The translations under genes were made by a program, and so were the position numbers. The notes under the pieces are model-generated. The model did no database searches, was not told the DNA's origin, and worked only from the letters and a program-made list of their open reading frames with translations. Below, piece by piece: positions 1 to 10,757 of a DNA stretch of 64,000 bases (the stretch's first letter is position 1; every line of letters starts with the position of its first letter). Origin of the DNA: Candidatus Rokuibacteriota bacterium (lineage in GTDB: Bacteria; Methylomirabilota; Methylomirabilia; Rokubacteriales; CSP1-6); the NCBI GenBank assembly GCA_023248995.1, contig JAHFDN010000013.1:194-64193 (forward strand), in the 5' to 3' direction.

Positions 1-1
1 C

Positions 2-823
2 TTCCAGGGCATCCGCACCGTCCAGGAGGTCCAGGTCACGGCGGCCATCGTGCTCGGCTACACGGTCCTCCACGGCCTGGCCTTCGTCGCTTTCGGCCTC
101 CTGTGCGCGATCCTGATCGCGGCCGCGGACCGCGAGCCCGCGCTCGCCTGGGCCTTCGTCCTCCTCTTCGCCTGTTTCGAGGTGTTCTTCCTGGGGCTCG
201 TCGCGATCTTCGCGCGGTCCGTCATGAGCGGCCTTGTCTGGTGGGCGATCCTGGCGGGCAACCTGCTGGCCTCGGCCGGGATGCTCGCCTACTTCTTCCT
301 CGGCCACCGGGCCCTGGGCGCGACACTCCTCGGCGCCTGGGGCCGCGTCCTCCGCGAGGGGATCATCGCCGGGCTGATCGGCGCGGCGCTCGTCGCGGCG
401 TGGTTCCTGGCCTACGACCTCTTCAAGGGGCACCCGCTCCGGACCCCGACGCTGCTCGGGGCGGCGGTCTTTCGCGGCGTCACGGACCCCGGGATACTCG
501 AGCGCGAGCTGGGCCTGGTCCTCGGCTACACGGTCCTCCACGGCCTGGCCTTCGCCCTCTTCGGGATCATCGCCGCCCTGCTCGTGGTGGCCGCCGAGCG
601 GCAGCCGATCCTCACGGTGGGCCTGTTCATGCTCTTCGCCGCGTTCGAGGTCCTCTTCTTCGGGCTCGTCACGGTCCTGGCCCAGTCGCTCCTGGGGGCG
701 CTCGTCTGGTGGAGCATCTTCGTGGGCAACCTGCTGGCCGCGGCGGGCATGCTCGTCTACTTCTTCCGCGGCCACCAGGCGCTCTCGCGCCGTCTCACCG
801 AAACCTGGCCCGCCGAGGACTAG
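2..823 (+). CDS. Multi-pass membrane protein with a tandem ~156-aa repeat (5'-truncated by the window edge)
   Basis: Frame open from base 2; hydrophobic; LGYTVLHGLAF...FEV.F.G...GNLLA.AGML.YFF.GH occurs twice, 468 nt apart. Confidence 0.8.
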   Translation, partial: FQGIRTVQEVQVTAAIVLGYTVLHGLAFVAFGLLCAILIAAADREPALAWAFVLLFACFEVFFLGLVAIFARSVMSGLVWWAILAGNLLASAGMLAYFFLGHRALGATLLGAWGRVLREGIIAGLIGAALVAAWFLAYDLFKGHPLRTPTLLGAAVFRGVTDPGILERELGLVLGYTVLHGLAFALFGIIAALLVVAAERQPILTVGLFMLFAAFEVLFFGLVTVLAQSLLGALVWWSIFVGNLLAAAGMLVYFFRGHQALSRRLTETWPAED

Positions 824-988
824 CCCCGCGCTGAACCGGCGCCCGGCCGGCGGCCGAGGGGAATGCCCTGGCTGGCGAGCCGGCGGCGGAGGTGTCCCGC
901 AGAGCGAATCTGAGGAGCCGGGTACCCGCGCCGAAGGCGTGGGTGGGCCGGCGAAGCGCAGGGCGCTGGAGTGCTGGAGGCGCGAACC

Positions 989-1017
989 TTGGCCGTTCTC
1001 AGCGTTTCTGCTATAGT
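989..1017 (+). promoter_or_regulatory. Sigma-70-type promoter of ugd
   Basis: TTGGCC-17 bp-TATAGT with extended -10 TG; ATG lies 9 nt after the -10. Confidence 0.6.
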
Positions 1018-1026
1018 TTTTGAGCC

Positions 1027-2337
1027 ATGAATATCTGCGTTGTCGGCACCGGCTACGTGGGGCTCGTGACCGGAGCGGTGTTCGCCGATCTGGGCAACGA
1101 GGTCGTCTGCGTGGACAAGATCCGGGAGAAGATCGAGGGCCTCCGGCAGGGCCGCATGCCGATCTACGAGCCCGGGCTGGAAGAGATGGTGGCCCGGAAC
1201 GTCGCCGACGGCCGCCTCTCGTTCACCACCGACCTCGCCCAGGGCGTCAGGAAAGCCGAGATCATCGTCATCGCGGTCGGGACGCCGGCCAAGACGAACG
1301 GCGAGACCGACCTCTCGGCGGTGGAAGAGGTCGCGCGCGGGATCGCCCGCGCCATGGACCGCTACAAGGTCGTCGTCAACAAGTCCACGGTCCCGGTCGG
1401 GACCGGCGATCTCGTGCGCGAGATCATCCTCAAGAACCAGCCGAAGCCGGTCGAGTTCGACGTGGTCTCGAACCCCGAGTTCCTGCGCGAGGGCTCGGCC
1501 ATCGAGGACACGCTGCGCCCGGATCGGATCGTGATCGGGGCGCCGACCCAGCAGGTGGCGATGACGCTCCTCGAGCTCTACGCGCCGCTCGAGCGCCCGA
1601 TGATCATCACGGACGTCCCGTCGGCCGAGATGATCAAGTACGCCTCCAACGCCTTCCTCGCGGCGAAGATCTCTTTCATCAACGCCATTGCCAACGTCTG
1701 CGAGCTGGCGGGGGCCGACGTGACCCAGGTGATGAAGGGCCTCGGGCTCGACCCCAGGATCGGCCCCGCGTTCCTCCAGGCCGGGCTCGGATTCGGCGGC
1801 GCCTGCCTCCCCAAGGACGTCGACTCCCTCATCCAGACGGCCGCGACGCTCGGCTACGACTTCAGGCTGCTCAAGAGCGTGGCGGAGATCAACCACGAGC
1901 GCGCCCAGCACCTGCTGGACGGGATGCGGAAGGCGCTGGGCCCGCTGGACGACAAGATGATCGCGGTCCTCGGCCTGGCCTTCAAGCCCAACACCGACGA
2001 CATGCGCGAGGCCAAGAGCGTGGAGGTGGTCACGCTGCTCCACGACAGCGGGGCGCGGATCAAGGCCTACGACCCCGTCGCGACCGACAAAGCGCGCCCG
2101 CTCCTGCCGCCCAGCGTCACCTACTGCGCCTCCGCCTACGAGGCCGCCGAGAAGGCCGACGCGCTCGTGCTCGTCACCGAGTGGAACGAGTTCAAGTTCC
2201 TGAACCTGGAGCGCCTGCGCGCGGTCATGCGCCGCCCCGTGATCTTCGACAGCCGGAACCTCTACGAGCCCGAGCGGATGCGGCGGCTCGGCTTCGAGTA
2301 CCACTCGATCGGGCGCAAGCCGGTCCTCCCCGCATAG
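1027..2337 (+). CDS. ugd: UDP-glucose/GDP-mannose 6-dehydrogenase
   Basis: GTGYVG Rossmann motif, KSTVPVGT, NPEFLREG, GFGGACLPKD, FKPNTDD. Confidence 0.95.
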   Translation: MNICVVGTGYVGLVTGAVFADLGNEVVCVDKIREKIEGLRQGRMPIYEPGLEEMVARNVADGRLSFTTDLAQGVRKAEIIVIAVGTPAKTNGETDLSAVEEVARGIARAMDRYKVVVNKSTVPVGTGDLVREIILKNQPKPVEFDVVSNPEFLREGSAIEDTLRPDRIVIGAPTQQVAMTLLELYAPLERPMIITDVPSAEMIKYASNAFLAAKISFINAIANVCELAGADVTQVMKGLGLDPRIGPAFLQAGLGFGGACLPKDVDSLIQTAATLGYDFRLLKSVAEINHERAQHLLDGMRKALGPLDDKMIAVLGLAFKPNTDDMREAKSVEVVTLLHDSGARIKAYDPVATDKARPLLPPSVTYCASAYEAAEKADALVLVTEWNEFKFLNLERLRAVMRRPVIFDSRNLYEPERMRRLGFEYHSIGRKPVLPA

Positions 2338-2340
2338 GCT

Positions 2341-3276
2341 ATGCGCGCGCTGGTCACGGGCGGCGCCGGCTTCATCGGCTCCCACCTCTGCGAGTTCCTC
2401 CTCGCTCGGGGAGGGGAGGTCGTCTGCATGGACAACCTCCTCACCGGGAGCGTGGAGAACATCGCCCACCTCACGGATCCCCGCTTCACCTTCGTCAAGC
2501 ACGACGTCACCAACTACATCTACGTGGCCGGGCCCCTGGACTACGTGCTGCACTTCGCGAGCCCGGCCTCGCCCGTGGACTACGCCCAGCTCCCGATCCA
2601 GACCCTGAAGGTGGGCGCGCTCGGCACCCACAAGGCGCTCGGCCTGGCCAAGGAAAAGCGCGCGAAATTTCTCCTCGCCTCCACCTCCGAGGTGTACGGC
2701 GATCCGCTCGTCCACCCCCAACGGGAGGAATACTGGGGGAACGTGAACCCGGTCGGGCCGCGCGGCGTGTACGACGAGGCCAAGCGCTTCGCCGAAGCCA
2801 TGACGATGGCCTACCATCGCTTCCATGGCCTCGATACGCGCATCGCCCGCATCTTCAACACCTACGGGCCGCGGATGAGGATCGGCGACGGCCGTGCGAT
2901 CCCCACCCTCGTCACCCAGGCGCTCCGGGGGGAGCGCCTGACGGTCCACGGCGACGGCTCCCAGACGCGGAGCTTCTGCTACATCTCCGACCTGGTGGAT
3001 GGCATCTGGCGCCTCATGCAGGCGCCCGTGAGCGAGCCGGTCAACCTCGGTAACCCCAAGGAGATGACGGTCCTGGAGCTCGCCGAGAAGATCGTCGCGC
3101 TCGCCGGCTCGCGAAGCACGGTGACCTTCACCGCGCTCCCCGTTGACGACCCCAAGGTGCGCCAGCCCGACGTGACGCGGGCCCGCACGCTCCTAGGCTG
3201 GGAGCCCCGCGTGGGCCTGGACGAGGGGCTCGCCCGGACGCTGGACTGGTTCCGCGCCAAGCTCGGGGCCCCATGA
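2341..3276 (+). CDS. UDP-glucuronate decarboxylase (UDP-xylose synthase)-like extended SDR
   Basis: [44 protein letters not shown]. Confidence 0.9.
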   Translation: MRALVTGGAGFIGSHLCEFLLARGGEVVCMDNLLTGSVENIAHLTDPRFTFVKHDVTNYIYVAGPLDYVLHFASPASPVDYAQLPIQTLKVGALGTHKALGLAKEKRAKFLLASTSEVYGDPLVHPQREEYWGNVNPVGPRGVYDEAKRFAEAMTMAYHRFHGLDTRIARIFNTYGPRMRIGDGRAIPTLVTQALRGERLTVHGDGSQTRSFCYISDLVDGIWRLMQAPVSEPVNLGNPKEMTVLELAEKIVALAGSRSTVTFTALPVDDPKVRQPDVTRARTLLGWEPRVGLDEGLARTLDWFRAKLGAP

Positions 3277-4202
3277 AGGTCTTGGTCACCGGGGGAGCGG
3301 GCTTCATCGGCTCCCACGTCGTGGACCGCCTGCTGGCCTCCGGGCACGAGGTGCTCGTCGTGGACAACCTCTCCACGGGCCGGCGCGACTTCGTCAACCC
3401 CGGGGCGAAGCTCCACGTCGCCGACATCCGGAGCACGAAGCTCGGTGAGATCGTCGAGGCCGAGCGTCCGGAGGCGGCGATCCACATGGCCGCCCAGGCC
3501 GAAGTGCGTCGCTCCGTGGAGGACCCGGCACTCGACGCCGAGGTGAACATCCAGGGCACGCTGAACCTCCTGCTCTGCTGCCGCCGCGCCGGCGTCTCCC
3601 GCGTCGTGTACGTCTCCTCCGGCGGGGCGGTGTACGGCGACACCGACCGGCTGCCGACCCCCGAAGAGCACCCGGCCCGGCCGGCCTCCCCCTACGGGAT
3701 CGGGAAGCTCATCGCCGAGCACTACCTGGCGTGCTGGGGCCCGCTCTACGGCGTGGGAGGGATCGCCCTCAGGTACGCCAACGTTTACGGCCCCCGGCAG
3801 AATCCGCTGGGAGAAGCCGGCGTGGTTGCGATCTTCTGCCACCGGATCCTGAGGCGGGAGCCTCTCACCATCAACGGCGACGGAGAGCAGACGCGGGATT
3901 ACGTGTATGTAGAGGATGTCGCCCAAGCCACCGTGCTCGCTCTGGAGCGCGCCGACGCGCGGGGGGCGGTCAACGTCGGCACGGGCATCGAGATCTCGGT
4001 GAACGCGCTCCTCGCACGGCTCGAGGCAGTGGCCGGGATGCGCGCCGCGGCGCGCCACGGACCCCCGAAGGCCGGCGAGCAGCGGCGGAGCGCCTTGGAC
4101 CCGAGCGCCGCGAAGCGATGCCTCGGCTGGACCCCGCGCGTGACACTCGACAAGGGCCTGGGCAAAACGCTCGACTACTTCAAACAGGAGACTCAACGAT
4201 GA
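3273..4202 (+). CDS. NAD-dependent epimerase/dehydratase (GalE-like)
   Basis: [23 protein letters not shown] (YxxxK), [10 protein letters not shown]. Confidence 0.9.
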   Translation: MKVLVTGGAGFIGSHVVDRLLASGHEVLVVDNLSTGRRDFVNPGAKLHVADIRSTKLGEIVEAERPEAAIHMAAQAEVRRSVEDPALDAEVNIQGTLNLLLCCRRAGVSRVVYVSSGGAVYGDTDRLPTPEEHPARPASPYGIGKLIAEHYLACWGPLYGVGGIALRYANVYGPRQNPLGEAGVVAIFCHRILRREPLTINGDGEQTRDYVYVEDVAQATVLALERADARGAVNVGTGIEISVNALLARLEAVAGMRAAARHGPPKAGEQRRSALDPSAAKRCLGWTPRVTLDKGLGKTLDYFKQETQR

Positions 4203-4375
4203 TCGACGAGGAACTCAAGGCAATCCTGGCCTGCCCGGCCTGCAAGGGCGACCTGCTCTTCGAGGAAACCCGGATCATCTGCCCCGCCTGTCGGAAAGCC
4301 TATCCGATCCGCGACGGCATCCCGGTCATGCTGATCAGCGAGGCTGAGCCCTGGACGCCACGGGAGCCGCGGTAA
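4199..4375 (+). CDS. Trm112/YcaR-like small zinc-ribbon protein
   Basis: [19 protein letters not shown]...CPAC...YPIRDGIPVML; ATGA overlap with upstream gene; GGAG upstream. Confidence 0.9.
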   Translation: MIDEELKAILACPACKGDLLFEETRIICPACRKAYPIRDGIPVMLISEAEPWTPREPR

Positions 4376-5406
4376 TCCTGGCCGGGGGGCAGGGGACGCG
4401 GCTCCGGCCGCTGACGCTGGCCCGCCCCAAGCCCATCGTCCCCCTCCTCAACGTTCCGTTCCTCCGCTACCAGCTCGCCTTGCTCCGCCGGCACGGGATC
4501 AGCGACGTCGTGCTCGCCTGCTCGTATCTGGTGGAGACCATCCAGGCGCTGCTCGGGGACGGGCGGGAGGCGGGCGTCAGGCTCCGCTACGTGATCGAGA
4601 CGGAGCCGCTCGGCACCGCCGGGGGAGTCCGGAACGCTGCCGACCTGACCACGGGGCGTCTCGTCGTCCTGAACGGCGACATCCTGACCGACGTGGACCT
4701 CTCCGAGATGCTGAAGTGCCACGAAGCGCGGGGGGCCCGGGCCACCATCTATCTGACCCCCGTCGACAATCCGACCGCCTACGGACTCGTGGAGACGGAC
4801 GCCGACGGTCGGGTCCGGCGCTTCGTCGAGAAGCCGACGTCCGCCCAGGTCACCGCCAGCACGGTCAACGCGGGCATCTATCTCCTCGAGCGCGAGCTCC
4901 TCGAGCTGATCCCGGCGGGCCGGGCCGTCTCCATAGAGCGCGAGGTCTTCCCGGACCTCGTGGCCCGGCGCATCCCCTTTTTCGGCTTCGTGAGCCGGGC
5001 CTACTGGCTCGACATCGGGAGCCCGGAGAAATACCGCCAGGCGCAGATGGATCTCTTGAGGGGTGCTGTGGACACCCCCATCCGCCCCCCAGGAACCAAG
5101 AGTGGCGACGTGTGGATGGGGGAGGCGGTCTCGATCGCGGAGGACGCCGTCGTGGCGGGGCCCGCCGTCCTCGGCTCCGGTGTGAGGCTCGCGGCCAAGG
5201 CCAGCGTCGGCCCCTGGAGCGTGCTGGGCAACGGCGTCAGCGTGGGCCGGGGCGGCCGCGTGGAAGGCGCGGTGCTCTGGGACGACGTCTCGGTCGGCGA
5301 GGCCGCCGTCGTCCGCGATTCCGTCGTCGGGTCCCGGGGCCGCATTGGGGCCCGGGCCCGCGTCGGCCCCGGCGCGGTCGTCGCGGAAAACGAATTCGTC
5401 CCGTGA
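4351..5406 (+). CDS. Sugar-phosphate nucleotidyltransferase (mannose-1-P guanylyltransferase-like) with C-terminal hexapeptide repeats; probable CTG start
   Basis: [19 protein letters not shown] lies upstream of the ORF-track start; in-frame TGA at 4345; CTG at 4351 with GAGG 7 nt upstream; EPLGTAG, NGD, FVEKP. Confidence 0.85.
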   Translation: MDATGAAVILAGGQGTRLRPLTLARPKPIVPLLNVPFLRYQLALLRRHGISDVVLACSYLVETIQALLGDGREAGVRLRYVIETEPLGTAGGVRNAADLTTGRLVVLNGDILTDVDLSEMLKCHEARGARATIYLTPVDNPTAYGLVETDADGRVRRFVEKPTSAQVTASTVNAGIYLLERELLELIPAGRAVSIEREVFPDLVARRIPFFGFVSRAYWLDIGSPEKYRQAQMDLLRGAVDTPIRPPGTKSGDVWMGEAVSIAEDAVVAGPAVLGSGVRLAAKASVGPWSVLGNGVSVGRGGRVEGAVLWDDVSVGEAAVVRDSVVGSRGRIGARARVGPGAVVAENEFVP

Positions 5407-5419
5407 TATCCTGAAGGTC

Positions 5420-7210
5420 GTGACGCTGTCCCGCATCCGAAACTTCTCCATCGTGGCCCACATCGACCACGGCAAGTCCACGCTGGCGGATCGCCTGCTG
5501 GCCTTGACAGGCGCCATGGATCCCAAGAAAGCGGTGGACCAGGTGCTGGACTCCATGGACCTGGAGCGGGAGCGGGGGATCACGATCAAGCAGCACACCG
5601 TGCGCCTGCCCTACCTGAGGCAGGACGGCCAGGAGTACACGCTGAACCTGATCGATACCCCCGGTCACGTGGACTTCTCGTACGAAGTGTCCCGATCGCT
5701 GGCGGCCTGCGAGGGGGCGCTCCTGATCGTGGACGCCGCGCAGGGGGTCGAGGCCCAGACGCTGGCCAACTTCTACCTGGCCCTCGAGGCCAACCTGACG
5801 ATCATCCCCATCATCAACAAGATCGATCTCCCGCAGGCCGACGTGGAGGGAACCCGGCGGCAGATCGCGGAGATCCTGGGGCTCAATCCCGAGGACGCGA
5901 TCCCCATCTCGGCCAAGTTCGGAACCGGCGTCCCGGAGGTGCTCGAGGCGATCGTGCACCGGATCCCACCGCCTCCCGGGGACCCGGCGGCCCCGCTCAA
6001 GGCCCTCGTGTTCGATTCGTTCTACGACCCTTACCAGGGCGTGGTGGTTTACGTGCGCATCTTCGACGGCCGCGCGCGCGCCGGCATGCCGGCCCTCCTC
6101 ATGTCCAACGGGCGCGTGTACGAAGTCCAGCAGGTGGGTGTGTTCACCCCCGAGATGAAGCCGGTGGAAGAGCTGGCGGCGGGTCAGGTCGGCTACCTCA
6201 CCGCGGGGATCAAGCGCGTGGCGGACGCCAAGGTGGGCGAGACGATCACCGACGCCCACCGCCCCACGGCGGCGTCGTTTCCCGGCTACCGCGACGCCAA
6301 GCCGATGGTCTTCGCCGGGCTCTATCCGGTGGAGGACACGGCCTACCAATCGCTCCGGGACGCGCTCGACAAGCTCAGGCTGAACGACTCGGCCCTGACC
6401 TTCGAGCCTGAGACCTCCCTCGCCCTGGGCTTCGGCTTCAGGTCTGGTTTCCTCGGGCTCCTGCACATGGAGATCGTCCAGGAGCGCCTCGAGCGCGAAT
6501 TCGGCCTGACGCTCATCGTCACCTCCCCGAGCGTCCGGTACCGGGTGGTCACGACCGGCGGGGAAACCCTCGAGATCGACAACCCCTCCAAGCTCCCGCC
6601 GGCCGGCGCCATCGCCCACCTCGAGGAGCCGTACGTGCGGGCGGCCGTCTTCGCCCCGACCGAGTTCATGAACCCGATCTACCGGCTGGCGCAGGACAAG
6701 CGCGGCGAGCACCGGGCCCTGGAGTACCTGGGCAAGCGGGTCCACATCACCTTCGACTTCCCGCTGGCCGAGATCATCGTGGACTTCTACGACCGGCTGA
6801 AGTCCATCTCGAAGGGGTACGCGTCCCTCGACTACGACTTCCTCGAGTTCCGCCCCTCGGAGCTGGTCAAGCTGGACATCCTCCTGAACGGCGATCCCGT
6901 GGATGCGCTTTCGGTCATCGTGCACGGGGACAAGGCGTACGACAAGGGCCGGGCGCTCGCGGAGAAGCTCCGGGCGGTGATTCCGCGCCAGCTCTTCGAG
7001 GTGGCGATCCAGGCGGCGATCGGCAGCCGTGTGATCGCCCGCGAGACGGTCAAGGCCATCAGGAAGAACGTCACCGCCAAGTGCTACGGCGGCGACATCA
7101 CGCGGAAGCGGAAGCTGCTCGAGAAACAGAAAGAAGGCAAGAAGCGGATGAAGCAAGTCGGCAAGGTCGAGGTGCCCCAGGAGGCCTTCCTCTCGGTGCT
7201 GAAGAGCTGA
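5420..7210 (+). CDS. lepA: Elongation factor 4 (LepA)
   Basis: [54 protein letters not shown] start inferred. Confidence 0.97.
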   Translation: MTLSRIRNFSIVAHIDHGKSTLADRLLALTGAMDPKKAVDQVLDSMDLERERGITIKQHTVRLPYLRQDGQEYTLNLIDTPGHVDFSYEVSRSLAACEGALLIVDAAQGVEAQTLANFYLALEANLTIIPIINKIDLPQADVEGTRRQIAEILGLNPEDAIPISAKFGTGVPEVLEAIVHRIPPPPGDPAAPLKALVFDSFYDPYQGVVVYVRIFDGRARAGMPALLMSNGRVYEVQQVGVFTPEMKPVEELAAGQVGYLTAGIKRVADAKVGETITDAHRPTAASFPGYRDAKPMVFAGLYPVEDTAYQSLRDALDKLRLNDSALTFEPETSLALGFGFRSGFLGLLHMEIVQERLEREFGLTLIVTSPSVRYRVVTTGGETLEIDNPSKLPPAGAIAHLEEPYVRAAVFAPTEFMNPIYRLAQDKRGEHRALEYLGKRVHITFDFPLAEIIVDFYDRLKSISKGYASLDYDFLEFRPSELVKLDILLNGDPVDALSVIVHGDKAYDKGRALAEKLRAVIPRQLFEVAIQAAIGSRVIARETVKAIRKNVTAKCYGGDITRKRKLLEKQKEGKKRMKQVGKVEVPQEAFLSVLKS

Positions 7211-7214
7211 CGTC

Positions 7215-7895
7215 GTGGATCCCAACGCTCCCAAGGAAACCCCCGTGACCGACGAGGTCGCTCCGTCCGTCGAGGCGGCGCAGAAGCGGCGCAAGTCCCT
7301 CACCCGCGAGTACCTCGAGGCCATCGTCTACGCCGTCCTGCTGGCGCTGGTGATCCGGACCGTCGTGATCCAGGCGTTCACGATCCCCTCGGGCTCCATG
7401 ATGGACACCCTCCTGGTGGGAGACTACATCCTGGTGAACAAGTTCATCTACGGCGCCGAGATCCCGTTCTCAGAGCGGCACCTGCCCGGGATCCGCCAGC
7501 CCTGGCGGGGGGACATCATCGTGTTCAAGTACCCGAACGACGAAAGCCGGGACTTCATCAAGCGGATCATCGGGGTCCCCGGGGACACGGTGCAGGTGCG
7601 CGACAACCGGGTCTATCGGAACGGCCAACTGCTCGACGAGCCGTACGTGCGGTCCGGCTCGTTTCGGGACACCCTGTCCAACCACTGCGGCTATTCCTAT
7701 GCCTGCGAGCCCCTCGTCGTCCCTCCCGGCTCCTACTTCGTCATGGGCGACAACCGCGACAACTCCCAGGACAGCCGGTACTGGGGGTTCGTCAAGCGCG
7801 GAAAGGTCCGGGGCAAGGCCTTCATGATCTACTGGTCGTGGAACGGGGACAGCCACTGGCTCCGCTGGAACCGCCTGGGCCGGTACCTGCCGTGA
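7215..7895 (+). CDS. lepB: Signal peptidase I
   Basis: IPSGSM (catalytic Ser), FIKRIIG (Lys), GDNRDNSQDSRYWG. Confidence 0.95.
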   Translation: MDPNAPKETPVTDEVAPSVEAAQKRRKSLTREYLEAIVYAVLLALVIRTVVIQAFTIPSGSMMDTLLVGDYILVNKFIYGAEIPFSERHLPGIRQPWRGDIIVFKYPNDESRDFIKRIIGVPGDTVQVRDNRVYRNGQLLDEPYVRSGSFRDTLSNHCGYSYACEPLVVPPGSYFVMGDNRDNSQDSRYWGFVKRGKVRGKAFMIYWSWNGDSHWLRWNRLGRYLP

Positions 7896-9043
7896 TCGGG
7901 CTCGCGGATCTCAGGCCAAGTCAATCGGGCCCGGCGCTGGGTCTCTACCTCCACATCCCCTTCTGCCGGCAGCGCTGCCACTACTGCTCCTTCAACACCG
8001 GCCCGTACCGGCCGGCCGCCATGGAGCGCTTCCTCACGGCCCTCTGCCGCGAGATTGACCTGGTCGGCGACGCCGACTGGGCCGGACGGGCCAGCATCGG
8101 AACGGTCTTCTTCGGTGGCGGAACGCCGTCGCTCCTCGAGGCCGACGAGATGGAGAGGCTCCTCGAGCGGCTCCGCAAGCGCTTTTCGCTGGCGCCGGCC
8201 ACGGAGGTCACGGTCGAGTGCAACCCCGAGAGCCTGACGCGCGAAAAGGCGGAAGGGTATCGGCTGGCAGGCGTCAACCGGCTGAGCCTCGGCGTCCAGA
8301 GCCTCGACGCCGGCCTCCTCGTGAAGCTCGGGAGGCTGCACTCGCCGGAGGAGGCACGGCACGCCTTCGAGACCGCCCGCCACGCCGGCTTCGACAACCT
8401 GAGCGTGGACCTGATGTATGGCCTTCCCGGGCTCGACCTCGCCCGCTGGGAGGAGACGGTGCGGGAGATCCTCGCCTGGAGGCCCGAACACCTCTCCGCG
8501 TACGCTCTCACCCTCGACGCGGGCAGTCGCTGGGCACGCTCGGGCGTGGCCGGGCTCCCCGACGAGGACACGGTGACCGCTGAGTACTGGGCGCTCGCGC
8601 GCCGCGCGGCGGCGGCAGGCTACGAGCACTACGAGATCTCCAACTACGCGCGGCCCGGCTTCCGCTCCCGCCACAACCAGGTCTACTGGCGCGGGGAAGA
8701 GTACGTCGGCCTCGGACCGGGAGCCTCGGGCTTCCTCGGCGACATCCGCTACGGGAACGTCGAGCCGGTGGAGCGGTACTGCGCGCTGCTGGAGGCCGGA
8801 ACCCGCCCCCTGGGCACCTACGAGACGCTCACCACCGCCCAGCGGCAGGCGGAGCGCGGGATCCTGGGGCTCCGCTTGAGCGACGGCGTCCCGCCCGACT
8901 GGCTCGCGGGCGTCGGCCCCCTGGTCGAGGCGTGGAAGTCTCTCGGGTTGCTTGAGGTCGCCGGCGGGCGCTGCCGCTTGACCGAGGCGGGATTCTGGCT
9001 CTCCGACTCCCTCTTCGTGGAGCTCCTGCCGCCCGCGCCTTGA
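7892..9043 (+). CDS. hemW: Radical SAM heme chaperone HemW (HemN-like)
   Basis: LYLHIPFCRQRCHYCSF, GGGTPS, YEISNYA, HNQVYW; GTGA overlap with lepB stop. Confidence 0.9.
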   Translation: MIGLADLRPSQSGPALGLYLHIPFCRQRCHYCSFNTGPYRPAAMERFLTALCREIDLVGDADWAGRASIGTVFFGGGTPSLLEADEMERLLERLRKRFSLAPATEVTVECNPESLTREKAEGYRLAGVNRLSLGVQSLDAGLLVKLGRLHSPEEARHAFETARHAGFDNLSVDLMYGLPGLDLARWEETVREILAWRPEHLSAYALTLDAGSRWARSGVAGLPDEDTVTAEYWALARRAAAAGYEHYEISNYARPGFRSRHNQVYWRGEEYVGLGPGASGFLGDIRYGNVEPVERYCALLEAGTRPLGTYETLTTAQRQAERGILGLRLSDGVPPDWLAGVGPLVEAWKSLGLLEVAGGRCRLTEAGFWLSDSLFVELLPPAP

Positions 9044-9089
9044 CAAGGCCGCCGCGCTCAGGAGAGTAATGGAGGCGGGAGCACGACGG

Positions 9090-10139
9090 ATGGCCGAATC
9101 GATCCTGGACGAGCGCTGCCGGCAGATTCTCACCGCCGTCATCGCCGAGTACCTCGAAACGGCGGAGCCGGTCGGTTCGCGGGCCGTGTCCCGCCGGCAC
9201 GGCCTCGGCCTCTCTCCGGCCACGATCCGGAACGCCATGGCGGATCTGGAAGAGATGGGCTACCTCCATCAGCCCCACACCTCCGCCGGGCGCGTCCCTA
9301 CCGACAAGGCCTTCCGCCTCTACGTGGACTCGGGTCTCGGGGACCTAGAGCTCCCGGAGAGCGAGGCGCGCCAGCTCCGCCAGCACTACACCCGACCCCA
9401 GGGCGGGGTCGAGCAACTGATGGAGCAGACCTCGTTCCACCTCTCGGCGCTTTCGCGCATGACCGGGGTGCTGCTCGCTCCTCCGCTCAGGCAGACGACG
9501 CTGACACGTATCAACCTGATCCTCCTCTCCGACGACCGGGTCCTTTCGGTGGTGGTCACCGACTCGGGCTGGGTCATCACCCGCACCCTGAGCCTGGAAG
9601 CGCCGGTGACGGCCGAGGATCTCCGGGAGGTGGCGCGTCAGCTCACGCGGCGCTTCGGGGGCAAGACCTTCCACCAGATCCTGGAGGAGGTCTCCCGCGC
9701 GCCGGATCCCCTGGACCCGCTCCGGACCCGAGCCGCCGCCCTCGTGGACCAGATCTCCTCGCTCTTCCGCGACCGGCGCCTCTACGTCGGCGGCGCCATG
9801 AACATCCTCGCGCACCGGGAGTTCTGGGACCTCGAGACGATGCGGGCGCTGCTCCGCGCTTTCGAGGAAAAGGTCCGGCTCATCGAGCTCTTGTCCACGC
9901 TGGCCGGCGGCCGGGGGGTCCAGGTGATGATCGGCCGGGAGAATCCGGTCGAGGAGATGCAGGCGTGCAGCCTCGTCGCCGCCCCGTACACCTACCGCGA
10001 CCGGGTGCTCGGTATCCTGGGGGTGGTGGGGCCGAAGAGCATGCCGTACTCGAGGATGATTCCGCTCGTGAACGAAACCGCCCGGCTCGTCAGCCAGTCG
10101 CTGTCCCGGGTGAGACAGGAGCTGTACCTGCCGTCTTGA
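9090..10139 (+). CDS. hrcA: Heat-inducible transcription repressor HrcA
   Basis: EPVGSR, SPATIRNAMADLEEMGYLHQPHTSAGRVPTD; alternative start at 9069. Confidence 0.95.
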   Translation: MAESILDERCRQILTAVIAEYLETAEPVGSRAVSRRHGLGLSPATIRNAMADLEEMGYLHQPHTSAGRVPTDKAFRLYVDSGLGDLELPESEARQLRQHYTRPQGGVEQLMEQTSFHLSALSRMTGVLLAPPLRQTTLTRINLILLSDDRVLSVVVTDSGWVITRTLSLEAPVTAEDLREVARQLTRRFGGKTFHQILEEVSRAPDPLDPLRTRAAALVDQISSLFRDRRLYVGGAMNILAHREFWDLETMRALLRAFEEKVRLIELLSTLAGGRGVQVMIGRENPVEEMQACSLVAAPYTYRDRVLGILGVVGPKSMPYSRMIPLVNETARLVSQSLSRVRQELYLPS

Positions 10140-10185
10140 TCCCCGGCGGACCGCGCCGGGACCTCAGAGCCTCCCCTCGGGCCCC

Positions 10186-10194
10186 TGCTATAAT
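10186..10194 (+). promoter_or_regulatory. Extended -10 promoter upstream of grpE
   Basis: TGcTATAAT, 11 nt before ATG 10206. Confidence 0.6.
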
Positions 10195-10205
10195 ACATGT
10201 CTGCC

Positions 10206-10757
10206 ATGACGGACGACACCAAGGCTGCTGAACCCGGGCAACCTGACGACGAGCTGACCGCGCTCCGTCGGGCCCTCGACGAAGCCAGGCGGCTCGTCGA
10301 AGAGAAGACGGCAGAGGCCCGGGACAACCACGACCGCTCCCTCAGGGTCGCCGCGGAGCTGGAAAACTTCAAGAAGCGCACCCAGCGAGAGCGTGAGGAA
10401 TACGTCCGCTTCGCCAACGAGTCGCTCCTCCGGGAGATCCTGCCGGTTCTCGACAACTTTGACCGCGCGCTGGGCGCCGCCCGAGCCGCTCCGGAGGCGC
10501 AGGGCTTCGTGACAGGCGTGGAACTGATCCAGCGGGAACTCCTGAGGGTGCTCGAGAAGTTCGGCGTGTCGCCGTACAGCGCCGTCGGCCAGCCGTTCGA
10601 CCCCGAGCGCCACGAAGCGGTCCAGCGGGTCGTCAGGCCCGGCGCGAAGGAGATGATGGTCGTCGAGGAGACGCAGCGCGGATACTTGCTGAACGGCCGG
10701 GTGCTGCGCCCGGCCGTCGTGGTCGTCGCCGTCCCGCCGGATAGCGAGAACGCCTAG
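10206..10757 (+). CDS. grpE: Nucleotide exchange factor GrpE
   Basis: [43 protein letters not shown]. Confidence 0.95.
   Translation: MTDDTKAAEPGQPDDELTALRRALDEARRLVEEKTAEARDNHDRSLRVAAELENFKKRTQREREEYVRFANESLLREILPVLDNFDRALGAARAAPEAQGFVTGVELIQRELLRVLEKFGVSPYSAVGQPFDPERHEAVQRVVRPGAKEMMVVEETQRGYLLNGRVLRPAVVVVAVPPDSENA

Noticed and set aside
4345..4347. Selenocysteine or stop read-through at the TGA preceding the nucleotidyltransferase
   Set aside because: The frame upstream shows no family homology; a CTG start two codons later explains it more simply.
9046..9090. Possible CIRCE or promoter before hrcA (TTGACA at 9040; CCGCGCTC...GAGGCGG)
   Set aside because: Spacing and sequence do not fit CIRCE, and there is no convincing -10 at 17 bp.
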